Origin: Pseudobdellovibrionaceae bacterium
GTDB taxonomy: Bacteria; Bdellovibrionota; FAC87; UBA2466
Length of the DNA stretch: 41,494 bases
Direction: 5' to 3'
Assembly: GCA_023250715.1 (NCBI GenBank)
Contig: JAHFAF010000010.1
Location: 1-41,494 of the forward strand
This document shows positions 1 to 7,797 of this stretch, one piece after another. The translations under genes were made by a program, and so were the position numbers. Every line of letters starts with the position of its first letter. Within the stretch, counting starts at the first letter, position 1. The notes beneath the pieces are model-generated. The model ran no database searches and had not been told where the DNA came from. It saw only the letters and a program-made list of their open reading frames with translations.

Positions 1-902
1 AATGCGGCCTCTTCCTCGTAGGTCCCTGTATTTCTCGGGTGGGGGCGCAGAATTACATTAGCGCTAGCAAGCGCCGGCGAGCTGTTATCTCGAAGGGCGC
101 CAAGCCACTTGGTCACGAAGCGCCCCTCTTTCGGCGCACATAAAGAGGAGGAGCCAAGATAGAGAATCGTCTTTCGGTTAGGCTCGAGCCCGAGGCTTCG
201 AAGGAATGACTCCCTTCCCAAGGAAGGCCGTAGCCGCTCGAACTCCTCAAAGCGGTACGCACCCACTGCTAGCACCTTTTCAGGTGGCATTCCATGGATC
301 CGAACTGCTTCGTCAACCTGGACATCATTCCAAACGATCATCTGGTCCGGATGGCGAAGCAACGCCCCTTTCGTCGTCAAGTTGTCCCAGCTGAAAACTG
401 GGTAGCAGATCGGAATGCCCAAAGCGTGTGCGCAGCGGAGATAGTCGTACTGATGGACGTGCGCCGAAAAGACGAGTGGAGTTACCAGTATCACGTCCGG
501 CTTGCAGCGTTTTATCTCCCGCAAAATATGGGAGGGAAGAGGGACCGAATTATCCAGCTCCTTTAGAAAAGCATCGAGCCGCTGAAGGGACTTTGGATTC
601 CTCTTCTTCAAGATGGGTGCCACAAGCGGATCCACCAAATGCTCCAAGCGCTCCTGCAAGAAAGTATGGTGATCGAAACGGGAATCCAGAAAGAAAATCT
701 GGTTCCGTGTCCAGCGAAGGGTATTCGCAATCTTGAGCCAATCTCCCCGCTCTTCAAAATCAAAATCCAAGGAATCTTTCTTCTTTTTCAAGCCCGAAGA
801 CTCGTTGGCCATTACAGTCTCGTGCCCTCGTGAGCGCAGCTCTGCTAACACATCGGTAAAATGACGAAGGTGACTGGGCTCAGCGAAAAAGAGAATTTTC
901 AA
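1..902 (-). CDS. Partial CDS (3' end runs off the left edge): GT-B-like glycosyltransferase-type protein, paralogue of the N-terminal half of the 7798..10086 product
   Basis: Absent from the supplied ORF track because it has no stop inside the window. My own minus-strand translation, with codon first bases at 902, 899 and so on, is open for 300 codons to the edge. TTG at 902..900 gives MKILFFAEPSHLRHFTDVLAELRSRGHETV..., colinear with MGVLFVIKSV...HLCERGHSVKV of the 762-aa protein. Shared motifs: PVFSWDNLTTKG vs ATLSWDNLTTKG, ILYLGSS vs LLYLGSA, LRPHPRN vs ARPHPSN. Confidence 0.8.
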   Translation of the reverse strand, partial: MKILFFAEPSHLRHFTDVLAELRSRGHETVMANESSGLKKKKDSLDFDFEERGDWLKIANTLRWTRNQIFFLDSRFDHHTFLQERLEHLVDPLVAPILKKRNPKSLQRLDAFLKELDNSVPLPSHILREIKRCKPDVILVTPLVFSAHVHQYDYLRCAHALGIPICYPVFSWDNLTTKGALLRHPDQMIVWNDVQVDEAVRIHGMPPEKVLAVGAYRFEEFERLRPSLGRESFLRSLGLEPNRKTILYLGSSSLCAPKEGRFVTKWLGALRDNSSPALASANVILRPHPRNTGTYEEEAA

Positions 903-1035
903 GCGGTATACCCCATCCTCGCAAGGAGGAAAATCCGGCGGCCATCCTGCTCCCCCAACTCCTGGAGAAACCGCTGGTTCCCATTTTTGGGCCGCCTGCG
1001 CCTTATCTCCCTTTCTCCGAAAAACATCCCTTCTC

Positions 1036-2079
1036 CTAACGGCTTTGCTCAAGAATAAACGCCCGCGCCGAGTGAATTCCTGAACGCGACACCGAGTTTC
1101 TTTCAATAAACTCGTTCAAAACGGACAGAGGATACTCCTGCTCTACCACCCTGCCCACTAGAGATTTCCATTCTCCAAGCAAAAGAGGCAAGGGCTCATA
1201 CCGGGAGAGAGGGAGACCTTCACCCGCAACCACCCCCACCGGTACGCCGCTCAAGGAAGCATCAACCGCGATCGTCGAAGGCGTTGTGATCACAAGAGAT
1301 GCACCATGGATCAGGTCCAGAGCCCGGGGACAGCCTGGATCACGGGGGTCCAGGATCTCCAACCGGGACTTCCTTACCCAATCTTCCTTTCGTAGGGCGC
1401 TCGACCAATTTCCGGCAGAATGGGGCTTCAAACTCACTTCATAATCCTGAAAGCCCTCCAAGATCTCTTTCAGGTGTTCTACAAATGCGGTCCGATATGC
1501 CGAGGAATACCTTCCCCAATGCAGATTCTCAAAGACACAGATCCTCCTCACCGGCGGAAGGATGGATCTCGGAATGTCTCGCAGGATACCCACAGGCTGA
1601 ATTTTCTTTCGGGTGCAATTGGGAAGTCTCGGATCAAACATTTCCGGAGTCCCCCAAGTTAGGACGAAGTCGGAAGCGAATCGAACCCGCTCTAAGGGAT
1701 ACTCCTCGTCGGAATAATTGAGGCCGATATTTTCTAATCCGTGCTGGAGAGTGAAGGTAGGAATCCGCAGCGCTCGCGCCACCCGAATAAATCTGTAGCC
1801 ATGCCGATGGGCTTTGACGTTGCAATCGCAGGCTGTGACAACCGCTCGAGATTTGAGAAGGATCCGGACCCAGCTCAAGGGATTACGCTGATTTACCCGC
1901 GACCTAACGAGTTTTTCCGAGTCAAGGCTACGACAGATCTGAGGATACGCACGCTCAAGAGATTGCGTAACAACCGCCTGTACCGGTACCCCCTCTTCCA
2001 CAAAAGATCGCATGAGAGGAATGAGAAGTTCCCCGTCCTGGATCAAATGAAAGTAAAAGAGAATAGGTTGGGAGGACAC
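1036..2079 (-). CDS. Hypothetical sugar/polyol-phosphate transferase, distantly TagF/capsule-synthesis-like (GT-B-type C-terminal half)
   Basis: 347-aa ORF, co-directional with its neighbours. TLQHGLENIG resembles the (W)HG catalytic-His motif of CDP-glycerol glycerophosphotransferases. LKPHSAG and ITTPSTIAVDASLSGVPVGVV resemble the C-terminal nucleotide-sugar-binding half of GT-B enzymes. The family assignment is weak. Confidence 0.55.
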   Translation of the reverse strand: MSSQPILFYFHLIQDGELLIPLMRSFVEEGVPVQAVVTQSLERAYPQICRSLDSEKLVRSRVNQRNPLSWVRILLKSRAVVTACDCNVKAHRHGYRFIRVARALRIPTFTLQHGLENIGLNYSDEEYPLERVRFASDFVLTWGTPEMFDPRLPNCTRKKIQPVGILRDIPRSILPPVRRICVFENLHWGRYSSAYRTAFVEHLKEILEGFQDYEVSLKPHSAGNWSSALRKEDWVRKSRLEILDPRDPGCPRALDLIHGASLVITTPSTIAVDASLSGVPVGVVAGEGLPLSRYEPLPLLLGEWKSLVGRVVEQEYPLSVLNEFIERNSVSRSGIHSARAFILEQSR

Positions 2080-2144
2080 TTCGAACCGAACCTAACTATC
2101 TCCCATTGTGAAATCAAGGGGCAAGACCGAACCAGGCTAACTGG

Positions 2145-4040
2145 CTAGAAGGCTTCTGTCTTTGCAATAGTTGAGGGTTCTGCGGGCCTCGTTAATGACA
2201 TTTTGAGAAGAGAGATTGCGTCTTTGTGCCGACCTATCCGTCGGTACCCCTCGGCGAAAATCTCCCAGTCCGGACTGGCAACTTTCATCAAGAATTTGTC
2301 CCGCACCTCGTCCGCTACCTTAGCTACTGTGGCCCAGTCTCCCTTTTGGCGGGCGAGGCTCGCCCGTTCAAAGTACCAACAGAAATTCTGAGAAGGGGGA
2401 GGCCCCCCGGGAATCAATTGCTCATAGGATAGGATCTGGGCGCCATTTAAGACGCTATTCTCATCAATTCGGTCTTGGATAAGAACAAAACCCTTCCCTC
2501 CCGGGAATTCTTCTGGACGACTTTTCTCAAGTAGCCTCAAACAACGTCCAGGCGCCGGCATGGTCACTACAACGACCGGCTTATTCAATTTCAGGAACGC
2601 TTGGAAATTTTCTGTCTCGTTGAAAGCGGTAATCGTAGAGTCCGGAAGGTTCGACAAAAGCATAAGGCCAAGACCCATCTGACCTCCGTCGTCAAACGCT
2701 GCTAAGTTTCGAAGGCGAAAAAGCTCATCAGTCAGAACCGCAACTTCCGTTCCGTTTTTCAAAACGGGCACGCGCCAGCTGAATTCCCTCCAAAGCTCCT
2801 TTTGGTTATCCCAGCTTTCCTTCCACACTTGATGATTGATCAGATGAAAGCAAGCGGCGAGCCCAGCCAAAAGGGCCACGGCAGGCGCTCGGATAGAACG
2901 CAGGATCGGCAGAGAAAAAAACCCGGCAAGGAAAAGACCAACACCGGGAAGGGCTCCTAAGACATATCGCTCACTCCCGCGGAGATAATGAATTTGAATC
3001 ATTCCGGGGGTCACCAAATGCGGGACATGACTGAGAACGACAATTCCCAATCCACTCACCATGGCAATGAGTGGCAGGGACGAGTCTTTCCGCTTTTCGG
3101 ATCGAGAATAGAGGCGCGTGACAAAATAGACTCCGGCGGAAAAGAGGAGGGAAAGAAAAGCCACGCGATCCAACAGGCCTCTTGGATTCCATAAGACGAG
3201 GACCTTATTGAGAGGCTTCGTCCAGGAGCTCACCAGTGTCTTCACCGTCTCGCTCCAAAGCGCGAGAAAAAATCGGAGAAGATAGCCTACAAAGTCCTCG
3301 CGAATCACCTCAAGAGTCTTGGAGAGTTGGTACGGCCCTCGAGACTGCTGCATTGTTGCCCGATAAACACCGGCGATTTGGAGGGCAAATAGGAAAGGGG
3401 CGCATCGAATGAGCGCGCCTCGAAGCGCCTCCTTCCAGTTACCTCTTTCTAAGCGCGCGCAGAGAATTAAAACTACGCGCACAAATTCAAATGAAAAGAA
3501 ATACTCACCATCGGCAAAAAGCACGAGAAGCCCTAGAAGCAAGCTCACCCCGTATTTCACATTTCGGAGTCGCCCCCCCCTTTCCGACCAAACCGTGAGA
3601 AAGATCGAAAGCAACCACATCGTTTGCTCGGTCATATGGGCCGAATAGGTGACCGTGTTGGGGCGCAAACAGTACGGGTAGAGAAGATAAAAGGCGGTTG
3701 CAATGAGAGATTCCGCGCGCCTTCCCCGCCACGACAGACTCAGCGCACCGTAAAAGAGCAACGCCCCTAAATAGACGCAGAGGAAGTTGTACAGATTCCA
3801 AGCCACAAAATTGAACTGAAAACATTGGAAGAGGCCGACCCATACCCATCTGAGCAGCGGGTAATTTGACGACAGACCATGAAAGAGCGGCCGATGACCG
3901 ATCAGGAACTCCCGACCAAACCCTCCGTCGTCCCCAAAGATGCCCATCGGCTGAAAGGGGTTACCCAAAACCACGACCACAACGACGAAGAGGGCGAAGG
4001 GATAGCTCAAGGTGATGTAGTCGCGGGGTGGCGAAAGCAC
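2145..4040 (-). CDS. Polytopic inner-membrane protein, GT-C-like (ArnT/PMT-type) glycosyltransferase candidate with a roughly 200-aa soluble C-terminal domain
   Basis: 631-aa ORF. The first ~430 aa contain many hydrophobic helices (FALFVVVVVVLG, LYNFLCVYLGALLFYGALSL, GVSLLLGLLVLF, LIAMVSGLGIVVLS, VGLFLAGFFSLPIL, AVALLAGLAACF). An acidic GDDGG loop follows the first helix, as in GT-C enzymes. The hydrophilic C-terminal region ends at ...TIAKTEAF. Confidence 0.55.
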   Translation of the reverse strand: MLSPPRDYITLSYPFALFVVVVVVLGNPFQPMGIFGDDGGFGREFLIGHRPLFHGLSSNYPLLRWVWVGLFQCFQFNFVAWNLYNFLCVYLGALLFYGALSLSWRGRRAESLIATAFYLLYPYCLRPNTVTYSAHMTEQTMWLLSIFLTVWSERGGRLRNVKYGVSLLLGLLVLFADGEYFFSFEFVRVVLILCARLERGNWKEALRGALIRCAPFLFALQIAGVYRATMQQSRGPYQLSKTLEVIREDFVGYLLRFFLALWSETVKTLVSSWTKPLNKVLVLWNPRGLLDRVAFLSLLFSAGVYFVTRLYSRSEKRKDSSLPLIAMVSGLGIVVLSHVPHLVTPGMIQIHYLRGSERYVLGALPGVGLFLAGFFSLPILRSIRAPAVALLAGLAACFHLINHQVWKESWDNQKELWREFSWRVPVLKNGTEVAVLTDELFRLRNLAAFDDGGQMGLGLMLLSNLPDSTITAFNETENFQAFLKLNKPVVVVTMPAPGRCLRLLEKSRPEEFPGGKGFVLIQDRIDENSVLNGAQILSYEQLIPGGPPPSQNFCWYFERASLARQKGDWATVAKVADEVRDKFLMKVASPDWEIFAEGYRRIGRHKDAISLLKMSLTRPAEPSTIAKTEAF

Positions 4041-4102
4041 TCGGGAAAGTTTGTCATGCTTTTTCCTTAACGCCGAGACTTTATTTGAATAGCATTGGCC
4101 AG

Positions 4103-4846
4103 ATGCGCGACGAGATGCACCAAAAGATAACCGAAGTGGAGCGCAATCACTGGTGGTACCGAGCCCGACGCAATATTCTCATCGATTTTCTCAAAGGGCA
4201 TCTTCCCTCAGGTCGAAAGATTCTAGATCTTGGCTGCGGCACGGGTTTTCTCCTTGAAGAGCTAAATCACTGGGGAGAGGGTTGGGGAATCGAAGCAAGC
4301 CCCATCGCACGGGCGGCCTGCAAGGAATCCTCTGTGCCACGTGTTTTCGCGCCCGATGAATTCCGTCGCGGAGAACGCCAGACCTTCGACATTGTCTGCC
4401 TGTTCGATGTACTGGAGCATGTGGAAAACGAAGAGGCCTTTTTCCAGGAGTGGTCAAATTGTTTCCATTCCGAGACAAAACTCGTCGTGAGCGTACCTGC
4501 CTTTCCTCTCCTTTGGGGCAATCACGATGAGGCCAGCGGCCATTACCGTCGCTATACAAGAAAGACACTTCACAAAACTCTCGGGAAGTGCGGGTATCAC
4601 GAAGTTAAAGGGACCTATTTTAATACTCTACTCTTCCCCCTCGTGCTCGGCTCTCGGACGAGTGAGCGATTCCGACGAAAAAAAATCCCGCACGGCGACT
4701 TGGATCTTCCAGGACGATGGGCCAACGAGACCTTGTATCGGATATTTTCCCTCGAATCGAAGTGGGCGGAGCGAAGCCGACTTCCTTTTGGCGTGAGCTA
4801 CTTGGGTATCTTCGAAAGGATGGGGAATGAAACCGGACGAGCTTGA
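4103..4846 (+). CDS. Class I SAM-dependent methyltransferase
   Basis: Motif I ILDLGCGTGFLLEEL, FDIVCLFDVLEHVENEE, and the N-terminal NHWWYRARR typical of polysaccharide-cluster methyltransferases. The track ORF starts at 4028, which would overlap the divergent 2145..4040 gene. ATG at 4103 (MRDEMHQK...) or 4115 is more plausible. Confidence 0.8.
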   Translation: MRDEMHQKITEVERNHWWYRARRNILIDFLKGHLPSGRKILDLGCGTGFLLEELNHWGEGWGIEASPIARAACKESSVPRVFAPDEFRRGERQTFDIVCLFDVLEHVENEEAFFQEWSNCFHSETKLVVSVPAFPLLWGNHDEASGHYRRYTRKTLHKTLGKCGYHEVKGTYFNTLLFPLVLGSRTSERFRRKKIPHGDLDLPGRWANETLYRIFSLESKWAERSRLPFGVSYLGIFERMGNETGRA

Positions 4847-6017
4847 AAAAATTCCGTTCAACCGCCCTCTCAGACTCTACGAAAGCGAAAGGCTATTGAG
4901 GGAAGTGGCCGTCTCTGGTTCCCAGGCAGGCGGCGGCCCTTTTGGAAAACTCTGCGAAGAATTCTTGTCACGGTACTATGGCTCCCCCACACTTTTGACA
5001 AGCTCGGCAACCGCAGCGTTGGAGATGTGCGCCCTCCTTCTGAACGTTCAACCTGGGGATGAAGTCATTCTCCCTAGCTTCACATTTGTCTCCACAGCCA
5101 CTTCTTTTCGGCTTCGTGGGGCAACACTCCGCTTCGCAGACGTCGACGCCTCGGGAAATATTTTGCCCTCGGAGATCTCGCGACTCCTCTCGGAGAAGAC
5201 GAAGGCAGTCGTTGTCGTCCACTACGGAGGAACTTCGGCTGACATGAAAGCGATCGAGAAGACACTCTCGGGGCACACTTGTTCTCTCGTCGAGGATGCA
5301 GCCCAGGCGATCGGTGCTCGTTTCCAAGGAAGACTCCTAGGAACCTTTGGGCATCTGAGCTGTTTAAGCTTTCACGAAACCAAGAATATTGGTTGCGGCG
5401 AAGGCGGTGCCCTTTTACTCAATGATCGTTCCTTACTGGCCCGCGCGAAAATTCTCCGTGACAAGGGCACAAATCGTGAACAGCTATTAGAAGGACTCGT
5501 GGACAAATACAGCTGGGTGGACCTCGGATCGAGCTGGACCCTTTCTGAATTTAACGCCGCCTACCTTTTGCCCCAGCTCCACGCGATAAATCAGATTCAA
5601 GCCAGGCGAGAACAAATCTGGCGACTATATTGGGCAGGGCTTAACGACGAGCTGGAGCGTCTAGGCGCACGTATTCTTCGGCCGACCCCATCCCAGCAAT
5701 CCAACTTTCACCTCTTCGGGATCGTCTTTGCACGGGAGGAACAGCAAAAGTCGCTCCTTCGGTTCTTGCGGGAAGTGGGGATCTCAGCGACTTTCCATTA
5801 CCAGCCTTTGCATTCAAGCCCGTTCGCACAAGTCGAGCACATCCCCCCTATGGAGACGCTCCCAGGGGTCGATTGCCTGGCTACCCGTCTCGTCCGTCTG
5901 CCTCTCTTTTACGACATGACCGACGCAGAATGCGCGCGAACGACTGACGCCGTGAAAACTTGGATTTGCTCGTTAGAAAACGCTAATCACACGAGCTCAC
6001 TCAATGACACACCCTGA
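4827..6017 (+). CDS. wecE: DegT/DnrJ/EryC1 PLP aminotransferase, WecE-like (dTDP-4-keto-6-deoxyhexose 4-aminotransferase type)
   Basis: Colinear with E. coli WecE as I remember it: IPFNRP..., SATAALEMCALLLNVQPGDEVILPSFTFVSTA, VEDAAQAIG, PLP-lysine motif SFHETKNIGCGEGGALLLND, RDKGTNREQ, VDKYSWVDLGSS, LVRLPLFYDM. Overlaps the upstream gene by 20 nt. Confidence 0.8.
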   Translation: MKPDELEKIPFNRPLRLYESERLLREVAVSGSQAGGGPFGKLCEEFLSRYYGSPTLLTSSATAALEMCALLLNVQPGDEVILPSFTFVSTATSFRLRGATLRFADVDASGNILPSEISRLLSEKTKAVVVVHYGGTSADMKAIEKTLSGHTCSLVEDAAQAIGARFQGRLLGTFGHLSCLSFHETKNIGCGEGGALLLNDRSLLARAKILRDKGTNREQLLEGLVDKYSWVDLGSSWTLSEFNAAYLLPQLHAINQIQARREQIWRLYWAGLNDELERLGARILRPTPSQQSNFHLFGIVFAREEQQKSLLRFLREVGISATFHYQPLHSSPFAQVEHIPPMETLPGVDCLATRLVRLPLFYDMTDAECARTTDAVKTWICSLENANHTSSLNDTP

Positions 6018-6765
6018 CCTCTCTCTTATTTTTCCCTGTTATAAAGAAGAGGGACACCTCATTCCCAATCTCGAGCGGGTCATTCGCCAGCTGGAGCTCT
6101 TCCGTTTCTCGGCAGAAATCATCCTTGTCGACGACAAAAGCCCGGACAATACGGCTCTTGAGATTCGGGAGTTTTTGAAACGAAGCCCACCCGTTCCGGT
6201 AACCGCACTTTTCCATGTAGAAAATCAGGGAAGGGGTGCCGCTTTTCTTACTGGGGCAAGAAACGCTCGCGGCAGAGTGGTCGGATTTTTAGATATCGAT
6301 CTTGAGGTATCGCCCACCTATCTTTCGGAGTGCCTCCCACCCCTTTTCGAAAACAAAGCGGACATGGCGCTACCAAGACGCACCTTCAAAGTGACTCCCT
6401 CTAATCTCTACCGACATCTGCTATCACGCGGGTACGCCTGGCTCGCGCAGCACGCCTTGGGGATTCCCAAGGAACTGGATACCGAGGCTGGCTTCAAATT
6501 TTTCCGACGTCAGGCACTTGAGCCTTATCTCGATCGTTTCGAAAACTTCGGGTGGTTTTGGGACACGGAGGTGGTGTGCCGCTTTCTCGAGGATCATTTA
6601 AGGATCCATTCGTTCCCATGCCTATTTGTTCGTGATCCAAGAAAGAAATCTACCGTCAGACCCCTGAGAGACTCATTAGAATATGCGCAGCGGCTCTGGA
6701 GCTATCGCCGCCAGCGGATCTTGTTCTCGAGAGCTCTCTTAGCCACCATTATTCCAGCGACTTAA
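6004..6765 (+). CDS. GT2 glycosyltransferase, polyprenyl-phosphate sugar synthase type (Dpm1/ArnC/GtrB-like)
   Basis: LSLIFPCYKEEGHL, ILVDDKSPDNT, GRGAAFLTG, and the FLDIDLE acidic motif. Short at 253 aa. Overlaps the aminotransferase gene by 14 nt. Confidence 0.75.
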   Translation: MTHPDLSLIFPCYKEEGHLIPNLERVIRQLELFRFSAEIILVDDKSPDNTALEIREFLKRSPPVPVTALFHVENQGRGAAFLTGARNARGRVVGFLDIDLEVSPTYLSECLPPLFENKADMALPRRTFKVTPSNLYRHLLSRGYAWLAQHALGIPKELDTEAGFKFFRRQALEPYLDRFENFGWFWDTEVVCRFLEDHLRIHSFPCLFVRDPRKKSTVRPLRDSLEYAQRLWSYRRQRILFSRALLATIIPAT

Positions 6766-6829
6766 CGTATAGGACCGAGTCACTTGACCCCCGCCCGGAG
6801 GCCTATCTATAAACATCTCAGGAGATATC

Positions 6830-7714
6830 TTGAATACATCCCCCAGCAAAATGCTACTTATTGCGGGCCCCTGTGTGATCGAGGACGAAGGGCTCACCCT
6901 AGAAATAGCTGCGGAATTGAAGCGCCAATTGCAGGATCTTCCGGTCGACTTTTACTTTAAAGCGTCCTTCGACAAAGCAAACCGATCCTCTATCGAAGGT
7001 TTTCGCGGGCCCGGACTGACTGGGGGGCTAAGGACGCTGACTAAAGTCAGGTCCACCCTCGATCTGAAGGTCCTCACCGATGTGCACGAAACCCATCAAG
7101 TCGTTCCCGTTGCTGAGGTGGTCGACTTTCTTCAGATTCCCGCGTTCCTCTGTCGGCAAACCGACTTGATTTTGGAAACGGCACGGGCTGCTTTGCGAAT
7201 GAAACGCCGCTTGAATATCAAGAAAGGACAGTTTCTCGCGCCATGGGATACTAAAAACATCATTCAGAAGGTGGGCGATGTAGTGGTGAAGGAGAAGGCC
7301 CTCCCACCAAAGGATTGGTTTTGTCTCACTGAGCGCGGAGTCTCTTTTGGTTACAACACGTTGGTAGTAGATATGACGACCTTTCAAACCATTCACGGAT
7401 TTGGCGTGCCTGTTGTTTTCGACGCCACCCATTCCGTTCAGGCGCCGGGGGCCGGCCCCGGCGGAATGAGCACGGGAGGAAAACGGGAGAACATTGAAGT
7501 CCTTGCCCGCGCCGCAATTGCCTCCGGCGCGGATGGTATTTTCATGGAGTGCCACCCGAACCCCGCGATCGCAAAAAGCGATGGCCCCAATGCCTTCTAT
7601 CTCGACAAGATCAAGCCGTTCATCGAGCAATTGCTACAGATCCGCGCCACTGTTTCGTCCCTTCCCAAGCTACTGCCCGAAGCGCTATTAACGGAGAAGC
7701 GCCAAGGGAACTAG
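6830..7714 (+). CDS. kdsA: 3-deoxy-8-phosphooctulonate (Kdo-8-P) synthase, metal-dependent class
   Basis: FKASFDKANRSS, LTDVHE, LQIPAFLCRQTDL, IKKGQFLAPWD, LTERGVSFGYNTLVVDM, FDATHSVQ, FMECHPNP. IAGPCVIEDE has Cys where non-metallo enzymes such as E. coli have Asn, as in the Aquifex-type metalloenzyme. TTG start at 6830 preceded by GGAGA. Confidence 0.95.
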   Translation: MNTSPSKMLLIAGPCVIEDEGLTLEIAAELKRQLQDLPVDFYFKASFDKANRSSIEGFRGPGLTGGLRTLTKVRSTLDLKVLTDVHETHQVVPVAEVVDFLQIPAFLCRQTDLILETARAALRMKRRLNIKKGQFLAPWDTKNIIQKVGDVVVKEKALPPKDWFCLTERGVSFGYNTLVVDMTTFQTIHGFGVPVVFDATHSVQAPGAGPGGMSTGGKRENIEVLARAAIASGADGIFMECHPNPAIAKSDGPNAFYLDKIKPFIEQLLQIRATVSSLPKLLPEALLTEKRQGN

Positions 7715-7797
7715 AGACGCAAAGGCCTCCGCAACCAAGACTTTCACATCGCACAAAAATAGAATTGAGAGGCATTTCCAAGCCCAAAGAGTGCAGC

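Noticed and set aside
4028-4102. Track start of the methyltransferase at 4028, and likewise the GTG 27007 start for glmS
   Set aside because: A start at 4028 would make the 5' ends of two divergent genes overlap. For glmS, the catalytic Cys must be residue 2, which fixes ATG 27034.
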